Of a DNA stretch of 35,055 nucleotides, positions 1 through 8,347 are shown piece after piece. Where the stretch lies: the IMG/VR virus record IMGVR_UViG_3300037458_000426, positions 1 through 35,055 of that record, one strand, 5' to 3'. This DNA comes from a virus. Its lineage: Duplodnaviria > Caudoviricetes. Under the pieces are notes generated by a model. That model worked only from the letters and a program-made list of their open reading frames with translations, was not told the DNA's origin and did not search any database. The first letter of the stretch is position 1. Each line of letters starts with the position of its first letter. Position numbers and translations under genes: made by a program.

Positions 1-94
1 CGGTGTTGAGCGCCAACTCGCCCGCCGTTAACGATCCGGCGGCTGGGACGGCTCCCGGCGTTGCAGACTTCTTAAGCAGAATTGTGTTCGGCAT
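1..94 (-). CDS. Tail fibre/receptor-binding protein, N-terminus only (runs off window)
   Basis: Not in the ORF track. ATG at 94 overlaps the upstream TGA. Reads MPNTILLKKSATPGAVPAAGSLTAGELALNT, the I-x-L-K-[KR]-S...P...L..GE-L-A-x-N motif typical of phage fibre (Mtd-N-like) N-termini. Confidence 0.8.
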   Translation of the reverse strand, partial: MPNTILLKKSATPGAVPAAGSLTAGELALNT

Positions 95-693
95 CAGTAG
101 CTCCCGCCGTCGAGCGTCAAGTTATGGACTTCCGTCGTCGTGTACGCCCCGACCTGCGCTGCGGTGACCATGTGCGGGTTGTCCGTCCGTGTGGCGTGAT
201 CCAACGCCAAGGGCGCCGACACGCCGATCTCCCAGCCCGTTTTAGGCCCGGTTCCGGTTGTCGCGACGATGTCGATAATCAGGATGCCGTTGATCCGGTC
301 GTAACTGAGCGGTTGCCCGAGCATCGAAGCAGCTTCGTCCGACGACGTCATCACCAGCGTATCGGTCACGATCCACTTGCCGCGCGTCTCCGGGGAAACG
401 ATAACCGTTTTTTCTCCGGTCGTGACCGTGAGCGTGTCGTTGCTGTGCGCCTCAAACGCGACGCCGATGTTCTGCAACGCGGCAATCGCGTCGTTAATGA
501 TCGGCGTCAGCGTTGTGTCGAGGCGCTGGAGCGCAACCGCTTCCAACGCGTTGACGGCGTTGTCGAGGGCGTCCCGGTCAAGTTCGGACGCGTGAAGACG
601 CACGTCGAGGTCGTTGAAACGCTGGTTCCAGAAATCGGGGTTCCCGAGATCGTCACCGCGCTTGATCTTATAGCTCTCGTAACGTCTCGCCAC
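94..693 (-). CDS. Tail fibre adaptor/short fibre protein
   Basis: Start moved to GTG 693 after a GAGGAG RBS; coiled-coil N-part, HATRTDNPHMVTAAQVG fibre motif, C-terminal LDGGSY. Confidence 0.7.
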   Translation of the reverse strand: MARRYESYKIKRGDDLGNPDFWNQRFNDLDVRLHASELDRDALDNAVNALEAVALQRLDTTLTPIINDAIAALQNIGVAFEAHSNDTLTVTTGEKTVIVSPETRGKWIVTDTLVMTSSDEAASMLGQPLSYDRINGILIIDIVATTGTGPKTGWEIGVSAPLALDHATRTDNPHMVTAAQVGAYTTTEVHNLTLDGGSY

Positions 694-697
694 GGCC

Positions 698-865
698 TCA
701 CTCCTCGATCTTCTCCGCGCTCTCGATCTCGGCTGCGATCGCCGCGCAATAGACCCCACGCAGTTGCACGTCTTGCCCGGCCCGCAGGATCATCCCGCCG
801 AAGGGGATGTCCCGCGTCAGGCGAACTTTGTAGGCCGCCTCGGGCTCGAAAAACTCCGGGGTCAT
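698..865 (-). CDS. Small hypothetical virion-module protein (55 aa)
   Basis: Not in track. MTPEFFEPEAAYKVRLTRDIPFGGMILRAGQDVQLRGVYCAAIAAEIESAEKIEE; ATGA overlap with upstream gene; fills the gap. Confidence 0.75.
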   Translation of the reverse strand: MTPEFFEPEAAYKVRLTRDIPFGGMILRAGQDVQLRGVYCAAIAAEIESAEKIEE

Positions 866-1026
866 TCAGTCACCAGCTTGTATTCGACCTTTTCGGAGGG
901 GAGCGTTGCGAGAACGCTCCCCGTCACCTTGACCTTGTCGCCGGGTCGCGCGAGCGAGAACGTAGACAAGCGCACAGGCTTGATGACCGTCACCTCATAG
1001 AGGGCGTCGGGGTTAATCTCGGCCAT
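862..1026 (-). CDS. Small hypothetical virion-module protein (54 aa)
   Basis: Not in track. MAEINPDALYEVTVIKPVRLSTFSLARPGDKVKVTGSVLATLPSEKVEYKLVTE; GGAG RBS; resembles 698-865. Confidence 0.75.
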   Translation of the reverse strand: MAEINPDALYEVTVIKPVRLSTFSLARPGDKVKVTGSVLATLPSEKVEYKLVTE

Positions 1027-1029
1027 GTC

Positions 1030-3300
1030 TTACTCCGTGTAAAAGACGCGTTCCGAAATATGGAACGTGTTCTGCGCGCTGTTCGTCGCCCCGTTGAACT
1101 CGATGCGGAACGAAGTCGTGGCCGTCGGGTTGAACGTCCACGTAAACTCATGCAGCGGGCGGTTGCTGATCTGCTTGACGACCGTTGACGCCGGGTTGAC
1201 GTAGATACCGTTGCTATGAATGCGGCAGGACAGATCGTGCGGCGTGTCGTTGAAGCCCTCAACCTGGGCAACCACCGTGATCGCCGTCGTGGATGGGCAG
1301 CTCAACACCTTTGAGACGTGCCGGAAGGCGAGCTTCGGACGCGCAACCTTGACCCGCGAACCCGTCAACTTGATTGCGGGCTGCATATCGGTCGTGCCGA
1401 TAAACCGCGCCCGGAACTGCGCCAAGGGAGGAGCAGTCGCAAGGGCGCCCGCCGTGTCCTTTGTCAGCGGGAGCCAAGCACCGGCACCGGATGGGCGAAC
1501 CTCGAACACAAGCTCCGTTGAGGCGGGAACCCACATATGTGACAGGATGTCGATGTACCGGAACCCGCCATCCAAGTTGATCGGCTGGAACTCAATCGCA
1601 ACCTGGGGAGCATGGAAGTATGCGCCTTCAATCGTGAAGGACATATCCTTCGTCAGGTCGCCGATGTAGTATTGCCCGTCCGTCGAATAGAAGAACGTCC
1701 CCTGGAGGTACGTGTTTGACGAGACGCCGCTGCTCATCGAGATTTCGTGGTTGGCGTTCGAGACGAGGCAGAGGGCGTACAGTTTACCCTTTTGCAGGAA
1801 CGTCGGCGGGACAGAGAGGAAGTTCCAGCCCATGACAATCGACGCGTGCGGGTATGTCACCAGCGCCATCGTCTTGTTCGTGTCGGGCATACCGTTCGTG
1901 ACTTCGCAGATCGCGATTTTGATGTCCGACGCGCCGCCCTTTTGCACGATGTTGAAGCCGACCCTCGTCATCCAGAAGTCAGACGGGGCGAGGAACGTCT
2001 GCGCAACCATCGCGCCGGAAATGGCGTGATTGGTTGTCTGCGCGTACATAAACGGCTCTTTCCAGTTATCGATCCAGAAGCCGTCCTCGCGGAACATAAT
2101 GTGCTGCGGATTGTTCGGATCAATCCACTCGACAGAGAGCGTTTCAACCTCGGTGCTTTCGAGGTCGTAAAGGTTCTGAGGCCCGACCCAGGTCGGGACG
2201 CCTTCGGTGTAGTACCAGTAACCGTTGTTACAGACGAGGAGGGTGTCGCTGTGCCGTACTCGCGTACGGCTCATGTACCCTTCCTTCATTGTGATGTTCT
2301 GGAAGCCGTACTGGGCAATGCCGAGCGACGAGCCACCATGCCAGTTCGCGACCTTAAAGACGTTGCTGTATTTCGGCAGGAGAACGCCGTTCGTGACAGA
2401 GGCGTTCGGGTCGTTGTTCGAGAACAGGGAAATCTCGAACTCGTCGGCGTTGGCGTCGGGGAAGCGAATGCCCTCCATCACCGCTGCGTCGTAACCGAGG
2501 GTGGACGCGTTGGTGGTGTCGGATGACTTGATGTCGAGGAACCTGTCCGCGCCGTACCCTGCTGCGCCCTCGGGAAACTCCAGGGCTTCCTTGACGCGGG
2601 CCATGTCCTTTTTCAGCTCGATGATTGAGCGACCACCTGCCATGCCGTTGACGCGGCGGGCAAGGTCGGACAAGTCGGACGCCAGCGCGTTGACGCGGGG
2701 TTCGACAGCGGTTTTCCAATCCTCGATGCTGTCTGTCCGGGCGTCGAGGTCTTCGGTCGAGGCGACCTCGTAGTCCTCAAGCATTGTGACGCTGACGACT
2801 TGGGTCGCATCGAGGACAATGCGGGCAATCGCAACGTGGGTAGACGGGATCGCCGGGCTCTGCGGGTCGGCGCTTTCCGCGCCCGTGACGAAGTTGATCG
2901 TCGCGGCGCGCTCGCGCACCGTTGCGACGGCGTCAGGCTCCGTCTGCCCGGTGTCGACGTTGACGAGAAAGTCCCGCTCCTCGACCTCGGTATCAACCTC
3001 GGCGCCGCTCGCCGTCACAAGGACGATGCGCTGCGAGACGGCCGGGAGATAGGCCAGCATCGACTGCGTGGTCGTTGCGGCTTTGTTATAGATCGCGCCG
3101 TCGGCGTCGTAGAAGCGACCGCCCGCGACTTGAACTTCCGCCTGCGACGACTTCACGGTGTTGAACCCGGCGTAGCGCCGGGACTTTGTCACCGCGTCGT
3201 AAACGAGGTGGTCGAAGCTATTCTGAGCGAAGTCCTGCAAGTCGGTATGGTCGGCCGCCTGCTGCTCCTGATAGTCGCGGAAGAGAACCTTCTTTTCCAT
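1030..3300 (-). CDS. Large baseplate/fibre-anchoring structural protein (756 aa)
   Basis: Long beta-rich ORF directly after gpI; position of a wedge/fibre-attachment protein. Confidence 0.65.
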   Translation of the reverse strand: MEKKVLFRDYQEQQAADHTDLQDFAQNSFDHLVYDAVTKSRRYAGFNTVKSSQAEVQVAGGRFYDADGAIYNKAATTTQSMLAYLPAVSQRIVLVTASGAEVDTEVEERDFLVNVDTGQTEPDAVATVRERAATINFVTGAESADPQSPAIPSTHVAIARIVLDATQVVSVTMLEDYEVASTEDLDARTDSIEDWKTAVEPRVNALASDLSDLARRVNGMAGGRSIIELKKDMARVKEALEFPEGAAGYGADRFLDIKSSDTTNASTLGYDAAVMEGIRFPDANADEFEISLFSNNDPNASVTNGVLLPKYSNVFKVANWHGGSSLGIAQYGFQNITMKEGYMSRTRVRHSDTLLVCNNGYWYYTEGVPTWVGPQNLYDLESTEVETLSVEWIDPNNPQHIMFREDGFWIDNWKEPFMYAQTTNHAISGAMVAQTFLAPSDFWMTRVGFNIVQKGGASDIKIAICEVTNGMPDTNKTMALVTYPHASIVMGWNFLSVPPTFLQKGKLYALCLVSNANHEISMSSGVSSNTYLQGTFFYSTDGQYYIGDLTKDMSFTIEGAYFHAPQVAIEFQPINLDGGFRYIDILSHMWVPASTELVFEVRPSGAGAWLPLTKDTAGALATAPPLAQFRARFIGTTDMQPAIKLTGSRVKVARPKLAFRHVSKVLSCPSTTAITVVAQVEGFNDTPHDLSCRIHSNGIYVNPASTVVKQISNRPLHEFTWTFNPTATTSFRIEFNGATNSAQNTFHISERVFYTE

Positions 3301-3309
3301 GTAATCCTC

Positions 3310-4524
3310 TTAGTTCGGGCGGCCGACGATATAGGGTTGATCCCCGGCGACGAAGCGACGGCCCGCGACGAACTTTTTCTCGGGGCCGGTCAATAGGAAG
3401 ATGCGATCTGTAAGCCGCTTGGCGGCACGGGCGGCCCGCAAGACGGGGCCGAGCTTGTCTTTATGCGGGAGCCAAAACTTGGTGTTCGGGGCCGCAATCC
3501 CGGCGCCTGCCGCAAACTTGCGTTTGGCGCACCGTATCTCGACCGTCACCCGCGCCGTATGAGCGGGGAGCCCGTAGCGGCCGACGCCCATAAAGTTGAT
3601 CGGCTGGCGGCTAATCTGCCGGGTGCCGTCGTTGACGGCGTAGCGCTCGTAAATCCGAAACCGCGCCGTTGACGGGACGAGAAACCCGGCCCGGCAAGGC
3701 AGGTCCGAGAACGTCCTCTTCCCCCGCGTCCCCGACACCTTGATCCGCTCCGGCTCGGCGGTTACCGCCTGCAAGGACGGCCCGAGCGCAATCCGCCAGG
3801 GCATCACGGCTTTTGGGGCGACGGTAATCAGGCGGCGCCATGCAGTCGAGACGACGTAGAACTTTTTCGGGCGGGCCGGGGTATCGCAAAAGACCCCGTA
3901 CTTCGAGACGCCCTTGATATGTAGCCGGAACGTCGTGCCGATGTTCGAGACGCGGGTTTCGGTTTCAACCCCGTTGACCACCCAGCGGGCGCGGCGCTTG
4001 AGGCGTTGGATCGCCGTCGAAGGGACGGGGAACGTGTACGCCTTGCCGGGGCCTTGCCAGAACGCGTTGTGGTGCTGCTTCGAGCCGTAGAACGACTTCC
4101 AGCGCGGCGCATCCCACGTCTCGCGCATCCGCCATGTGCGGATTTGCGGGAGGGTTTGCAGCCACGCCTCGCGCTCCTCGCGCGTGAGGGACGGCCCGCT
4201 AAAGATTGTTGCGGGCGGCTTTTCGATCTTGGTGACCTTGCCGCCGACGTAGCGGATATATTCCCGCAGCGCGTAAGCCGTGCCCTTCCGCTTGTGCAGC
4301 GGATACGACCGGGCGATGATGTTCCGCCGGGTTGCGTCGGGCCAGTTGGCTTCCCACAAATCGACGGAGCGTTCCCAAGAAAGGAACGGCAAGAAATCAG
4401 AGGGCGTCTCGTAAGGCCGGAACGCCCGGTCAAGGTCCGACGGAATATCCGTCAGGCGCCTTGTCGCCCCGCTGTACGACCGCTCTAGCGGCGTCGCGTT
4501 TGGGGGCAGCAAATCGTCCGCCAT
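3310..4524 (-). CDS. P2 gpI-like baseplate wedge (tail protein I) with long basic C-terminal extension
   Basis: LLPPNATPLER...FLPFLSWERSVDLW...HKRKGT motif of the gpI family. Confidence 0.9.
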   Translation of the reverse strand: MADDLLPPNATPLERSYSGATRRLTDIPSDLDRAFRPYETPSDFLPFLSWERSVDLWEANWPDATRRNIIARSYPLHKRKGTAYALREYIRYVGGKVTKIEKPPATIFSGPSLTREEREAWLQTLPQIRTWRMRETWDAPRWKSFYGSKQHHNAFWQGPGKAYTFPVPSTAIQRLKRRARWVVNGVETETRVSNIGTTFRLHIKGVSKYGVFCDTPARPKKFYVVSTAWRRLITVAPKAVMPWRIALGPSLQAVTAEPERIKVSGTRGKRTFSDLPCRAGFLVPSTARFRIYERYAVNDGTRQISRQPINFMGVGRYGLPAHTARVTVEIRCAKRKFAAGAGIAAPNTKFWLPHKDKLGPVLRAARAAKRLTDRIFLLTGPEKKFVAGRRFVAGDQPYIVGRPN

Positions 4525-4525
4525 C

Positions 4526-5425
4526 TCACGCCATCTCCACGACGTTGACCGTTAGCGAGGCCATGTACGGAATTTGGTAGTCGGCACACACGACATTGTT
4601 CGGACACGGCGAAGCGAGATTGAGCGTCTCAACACCTGATATGAAAGCCGCCGCGATGATCCCGGACCTGTAAACCTCAGCTGCGATCCGATACCGCTCG
4701 GCAGCGTAGGACCGGACCTTGGCTTCGATCTGGCTCTTGAGAAGAGACGTCGACAACCCGCGCTGGCACGTCACGTTGAGCACGACGTTGTAATCGACAC
4801 GCTCCGCGTTGTAGACGTAGACCGCGTCGGTTAAAGGCGTTACGTCCTCGCGCTTGAAGATTTCTATGACCTTACCGATCACCTCGTCAGAGATGGATGC
4901 CCCTGAGGCTCCGGCAAGCACAACGTCCGCACGACCAGGCTCTGGGCAGAATGCCCAGGCATCAGCAATAGACGGATCAGCCGATAGGGCATGAAAGATA
5001 TACGCCCCGCGGGCGCCTGCGGTCGAGAACGCTTCTGGCGCCAGTTGAACCCGGCGACGAAGTTCCTCGTCCGTCTCATAAATCGGCTTTGTTTCCTGCA
5101 GGTCCTCGTAGCCCATCAGGCGGCGCTGAACCTCAAAGTCTGTTGCTTTGTGGTCGAGGTCTGCGCCTTGTGCATATGCCAGCATAATCGCTTTGCATGC
5201 ACTATTGACGCGAGCTCTCAGGAGGAGCTCGCGGTATGCGGCGACCTCAAGAACCTTGACGATGGGGTCGCTCTCAATGTCTTGGACGTTGTACTCAATT
5301 CCCCTAGCCAAGAGGCGAGCGACGACGTCCGTCTTCAGCGCAGCGAGGATCGCCTCATAGTCGAGAGTCTCGGCGATGTCTGGAGCTGAAAGCTGGCTGA
5401 GATTGACGGCGGCAAATCCTGTCAT
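4526..5425 (-). CDS. Baseplate J-like protein (P2 gpJ/Mu gp47)
   Basis: LSQLSAPD..ETLDYE...ESDP..K.LE..AYRE..LR.RVN...ETDEELRRR..LAPEAFSTAG..GAY. Confidence 0.93.
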   Translation of the reverse strand: MTGFAAVNLSQLSAPDIAETLDYEAILAALKTDVVARLLARGIEYNVQDIESDPIVKVLEVAAYRELLLRARVNSACKAIMLAYAQGADLDHKATDFEVQRRLMGYEDLQETKPIYETDEELRRRVQLAPEAFSTAGARGAYIFHALSADPSIADAWAFCPEPGRADVVLAGASGASISDEVIGKVIEIFKREDVTPLTDAVYVYNAERVDYNVVLNVTCQRGLSTSLLKSQIEAKVRSYAAERYRIAAEVYRSGIIAAAFISGVETLNLASPCPNNVVCADYQIPYMASLTVNVVEMA

Positions 5426-5583
5426 CGGCTGTCCTCGTCATGAACACGGGCAAGGCCCGTCCCATGACAGGCCGCACAGGCGTAGGCGCCGTGGGTGTGA
5501 ATGATGACCCCAGCTCCGCGGCAGGGGCGGCACGTATGTGTTGGGAGAGGCCGCCAGAGGTAATCCCAGAGCCAGCCGATCAT
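5422..5583 (-). CDS. DnaJ-type zinc-finger mini-protein (53 aa)
   Basis: Not in track. MIGWLWDYLWRPLPTHTCRPCRGAGVIIHTHGAYACAACHGTGLARVHDEDSR; two CxxCxGxG motifs; ATGA overlaps at both ends. Confidence 0.8.
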   Translation of the reverse strand: MIGWLWDYLWRPLPTHTCRPCRGAGVIIHTHGAYACAACHGTGLARVHDEDSR

Positions 5584-5951
5584 CGCACGTACACAAGATT
5601 GCGTTCGGTCTCGACGACCGTGTAATCCCCAAGATGGCCGCGCGGGTAATAATCACCCATAACGGAGAGCGTCATCTCCCCATCGGCACCGGCATCAGAG
5701 ATGTAAACGGAGCTGAGACGAAAGCGAGGCTCCCATTTCTCGAGAGCCTCGCCGAGAGCGAGCGCGACCTCAAGAACAGTGTCTCTGCCTTGCGGTCTAT
5801 CGATAAGGTCCGGGATGTTCGAGCCATAGTCTCGACGCATCACGCGCGTGCCAATCGGCGTCGTCATGATATCGAGGATGCTCTGCATGACGTGCTCCCA
5901 GTCAGTCAGCACTTCCCCGGATGACCGATTGATGCCGACTGAGTTCGCCAT
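5580..5951 (-). CDS. Baseplate assembly protein W (gp25-like sheath initiator)
   Basis: HVMQSILDIMTTPIGTRVMRRDYGS...WEPR motif. Confidence 0.93.
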   Translation of the reverse strand: MANSVGINRSSGEVLTDWEHVMQSILDIMTTPIGTRVMRRDYGSNIPDLIDRPQGRDTVLEVALALGEALEKWEPRFRLSSVYISDAGADGEMTLSVMGDYYPRGHLGDYTVVETERNLVYVR

Positions 5952-5953
5952 GA

Positions 5954-6163
5954 TTACTTCTCCTCAGTCTTCGGAGCGGCAGCCTTTGGTTCAACCTTCT
6001 TAGCTGGAGCTGGAGCCGGAGCTGGCTTCGGCGCCTCGATGGGAGCAATCGTGCCGCTGTAGATTTCGTACTTTGCCTGCTTCGGGTTCAGATCGATCTT
6101 GTCGCCGACCTTGTACCACTTGCCGTACATCCAGCAGTTCGCGATGACGTTGTAGTGAGCCAT
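5954..6163 (-). CDS. Small hypothetical protein with P/A/K-rich tail (69 aa)
   Basis: Start moved to ATG 6163 after an AAGGA RBS; Y-x-V...GD-x-I-x-L beta motif. Confidence 0.65.
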   Translation of the reverse strand: MAHYNVIANCWMYGKWYKVGDKIDLNPKQAKYEIYSGTIAPIEAPKPAPAPAPAKKVEPKAAAPKTEEK

Positions 6164-6173
6164 TGTGATTTCC

Positions 6174-6446
6174 TTAGTCGGACAGGAACATGAATTTAGA
6201 ACCTGTCGTTGGGTGGCCGCAGCCCGCGAGGTGACCCTCGCGGCAGACGGGGATGCCATCGATGGTGATCCAAGATGAGCCCTGAACCATCTGGTCTGGG
6301 CCGGGAACGTGTGGGCTTTGCCCGTGGGGTTGGTTCACATCGCCGAGGATCATCCAAAGCTGGGACTCGACGGTGATCCACGTTTGGTTCGCACCAATTT
6401 GCGATCCGTGCGCAACGTCTGCGTTGCGCCTTGCTACACCGTGCAT
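6174..6446 (-). CDS. PAAR-like spike-tip protein
   Basis: GD...PH...PH...QGSSWITIDGIPVCREGH..CGH motif; AAGGAG RBS. Confidence 0.88.
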   Translation of the reverse strand: MHGVARRNADVAHGSQIGANQTWITVESQLWMILGDVNQPHGQSPHVPGPDQMVQGSSWITIDGIPVCREGHLAGCGHPTTGSKFMFLSD

Positions 6447-6455
6447 AGCTACTCC

Positions 6456-6827
6456 TTAGACGGCGTCAGGGAACCCAATGTCGAACTGAGCAAGCGTGAA
6501 TGTGTTGCCGGTCGTCACGGCCTGAGACGACGCAAGGGAACCGGTCGCCATAAGCGTTGAGCCGGTGGTCTTGACGATTGCCCAGTGGGTTGCCGTACCC
6601 GTACCAGTCACCGTGCCGTCGGTAATCGCGGACACCGTGACCTTGCGGCCATTGGGCGTGCGGTCAGACGGCGCGGCAACCGTGATTGGGGTTTTGTTGC
6701 CCAGCGCGTAGGTCGACGTCGCCTGCGTAAAGGTTGTCGGCTCCTGCGAGCAGATATAAAGGTGCGTCGCGTTGAGATCGAACTCAGCCAGGGCAAGGTC
6801 GAAGATGTAGTCGGCAATGAAAGCCAT
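6456..6827 (-). CDS. Small beta-rich virion fibre/decoration subunit (123 aa)
   Basis: Thr-rich; ...GT.TH.AI...L.A.G.L..SQ.V..GN.F..F.I pattern resembling 20869-21255. Confidence 0.6.
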   Translation of the reverse strand: MAFIADYIFDLALAEFDLNATHLYICSQEPTTFTQATSTYALGNKTPITVAAPSDRTPNGRKVTVSAITDGTVTGTGTATHWAIVKTTGSTLMATGSLASSQAVTTGNTFTLAQFDIGFPDAV

Positions 6828-6841
6828 CGAAGGTCCACCTG

Positions 6842-7699
6842 TTAAAGCTGGGCGATCAACTCAGCCTCCGCCGCCGCAAGGGCCGGGCCTGCTAACGCCT
6901 CGATTTTGGAGATCAAGCCGGGGTCTGGCGTTCGATACGTGAACGACCCTACGTACAGGCAAATGCTGTCGGAACTTTCTGTTAGGTCGCGGACAGCTGT
7001 GAAGCTGACGTTTGGCGAGCTCATTGAGTAGGCGATGTGCCCGTGGCCATTCTCATCCGTTAGCGGGCAGACGCCTGTTACAAACCACGCGTCCACATCG
7101 AGGGATGCTTTGAGGGTTGCAATGAAATGAGAAATCTCAACGGAGAGCGCCGGTACTCCAACAGTCGGAGCGGATGCAATCCCGTTGACAAGCCAAGACG
7201 AGTATGGAGCCCCAACCTTCGGGCTTGAAGAGATCCCCCAAGCGAAAATGTCATGCAGCTGCAGCAGCGCTGGGGAGGCAACCGTCGCGGTCGACTTGAC
7301 GCCGTTGACGCCGAAGTTGACAACGCGGACAAGGGCTGGAGCCCCGACCGATGGCGAAGCCGCGACGCCGTTTGCCGTGCAGTTGACAATCCGTGAAAGC
7401 GCAGGAGCCCCTACCGAGGGATTTGAGGCAATCCCGGTCGCGACGCAATTAGCAACGCGAACCAGCGCCGGGCTAGAAACAGCCGGGGCGGACGCAATGC
7501 CGTTGGCTGCAAGATGCGCCACCCGAACCAGCGCCGGGGCGGCAACCGTCGGGGAGGAGGTTACGCCCGTCGCGCCGAGGGCGTGAACTTGGCCAAGACC
7601 AGGGGCGCCCGTTGTCGGCGCCGCAGTTACCCCAGTCGCCGAGAGGCCATAGACGCCATTGAACGCGGTGTGCTCAAAGGCGCTAAAGTCGAAAGCCAC
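6842..7699 (-). CDS. Virion protein with eight ~22-aa repeats plus C-terminal domain
   Basis: Repeats of A-[TN]-G-[VI]-x-S-x-P-x-V-G-A-P-A-L; aromatic N-terminal FDFSAFEHTAF. Confidence 0.65.
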   Translation of the reverse strand: MAFDFSAFEHTAFNGVYGLSATGVTAAPTTGAPGLGQVHALGATGVTSSPTVAAPALVRVAHLAANGIASAPAVSSPALVRVANCVATGIASNPSVGAPALSRIVNCTANGVAASPSVGAPALVRVVNFGVNGVKSTATVASPALLQLHDIFAWGISSSPKVGAPYSSWLVNGIASAPTVGVPALSVEISHFIATLKASLDVDAWFVTGVCPLTDENGHGHIAYSMSSPNVSFTAVRDLTESSDSICLYVGSFTYRTPDPGLISKIEALAGPALAAAEAELIAQL

Positions 7700-7714
7700 C
7701 GCCGCCCCCCTAGG

Positions 7715-7930
7715 TTAGAAGCTCCCTCCGTCAATCGTGTCCGTCGTCTTGACGAAGTCACCGATAGGAATTTCCTCCGCCGCGCCGTCACCCGCCGTAA
7801 CCCGCCCGATTAGCTTCCCGGTTGCGAGTTGGAGCTGATGCTCCGCGTTCCAATCCGACGGCCGGACGAGGGTGCTGTCAGGCCCGTCCGGCTTGGCGGA
7901 GGTGAAGGCGTGTTTAAGAGAGATCGCCAT
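7715..7930 (-). CDS. Short fibre/adaptor protein (71 aa)
   Basis: AAGGAG RBS; KHAFTSAKPDG..TLVRPSDWNAEH N-terminal motif seen in phage fibre proteins; ends TIDGGSF. Confidence 0.6.
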   Translation of the reverse strand: MAISLKHAFTSAKPDGPDSTLVRPSDWNAEHQLQLATGKLIGRVTAGDGAAEEIPIGDFVKTTDTIDGGSF

Positions 7931-7939
7931 TCAAACTCC

Positions 7940-8347
7940 TTATGGGCAACGAATTCCATCTGGCCCGAACAGAACGGGCGCTCCAACAGCAGCCTCTGAT
8001 GTGACACCAGTTGCTGTGAGCTCGACCTCTGTCGGGCTTTCGCCTGAGTTGAGCTGGGCTATTAATTCCGCCTCGGCTTCAATGCTCGCCGGGATGGCCA
8101 TCGCCTCAATGAGGTAGTACAGATCCTCGTCTTCCGCCGTGTAGGCGAACCCATTGGCGAATATCCGAAGCTTGAATTCCGGCCAGGCTGTCTCGTGGGT
8201 TACGACAATCGTTAGACCAAGAACTGAGGATTGAAGCTGAAACGTGGACGCTGCCTCGCCGTCTGCCAAGGAAACGCCGATGACCTCCCAAGCTTTCGCT
8301 GGGTCGGCTAACGACGCCTTGAGCGCCGCGAGTAGCTCCGGGCTCAT
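7940..8347 (-). CDS. Hypothetical protein, paralogous to the C-terminal domain of 6842-7699
   Basis: Shared LKASL...AW.V.GV...IEA.A.PA...AEAELIAQL; one 22-aa repeat at the C-terminus. Confidence 0.65.
   Translation of the reverse strand: MSPELLAALKASLADPAKAWEVIGVSLADGEAASTFQLQSSVLGLTIVVTHETAWPEFKLRIFANGFAYTAEDEDLYYLIEAMAIPASIEAEAELIAQLNSGESPTEVELTATGVTSEAAVGAPVLFGPDGIRCP

Noticed and set aside
5438-5656. 72-aa ORF between gpW and gpJ in the track
   Set aside because: Overlaps gpW out of frame; the 53-aa Zn-finger frame tiles the gap exactly
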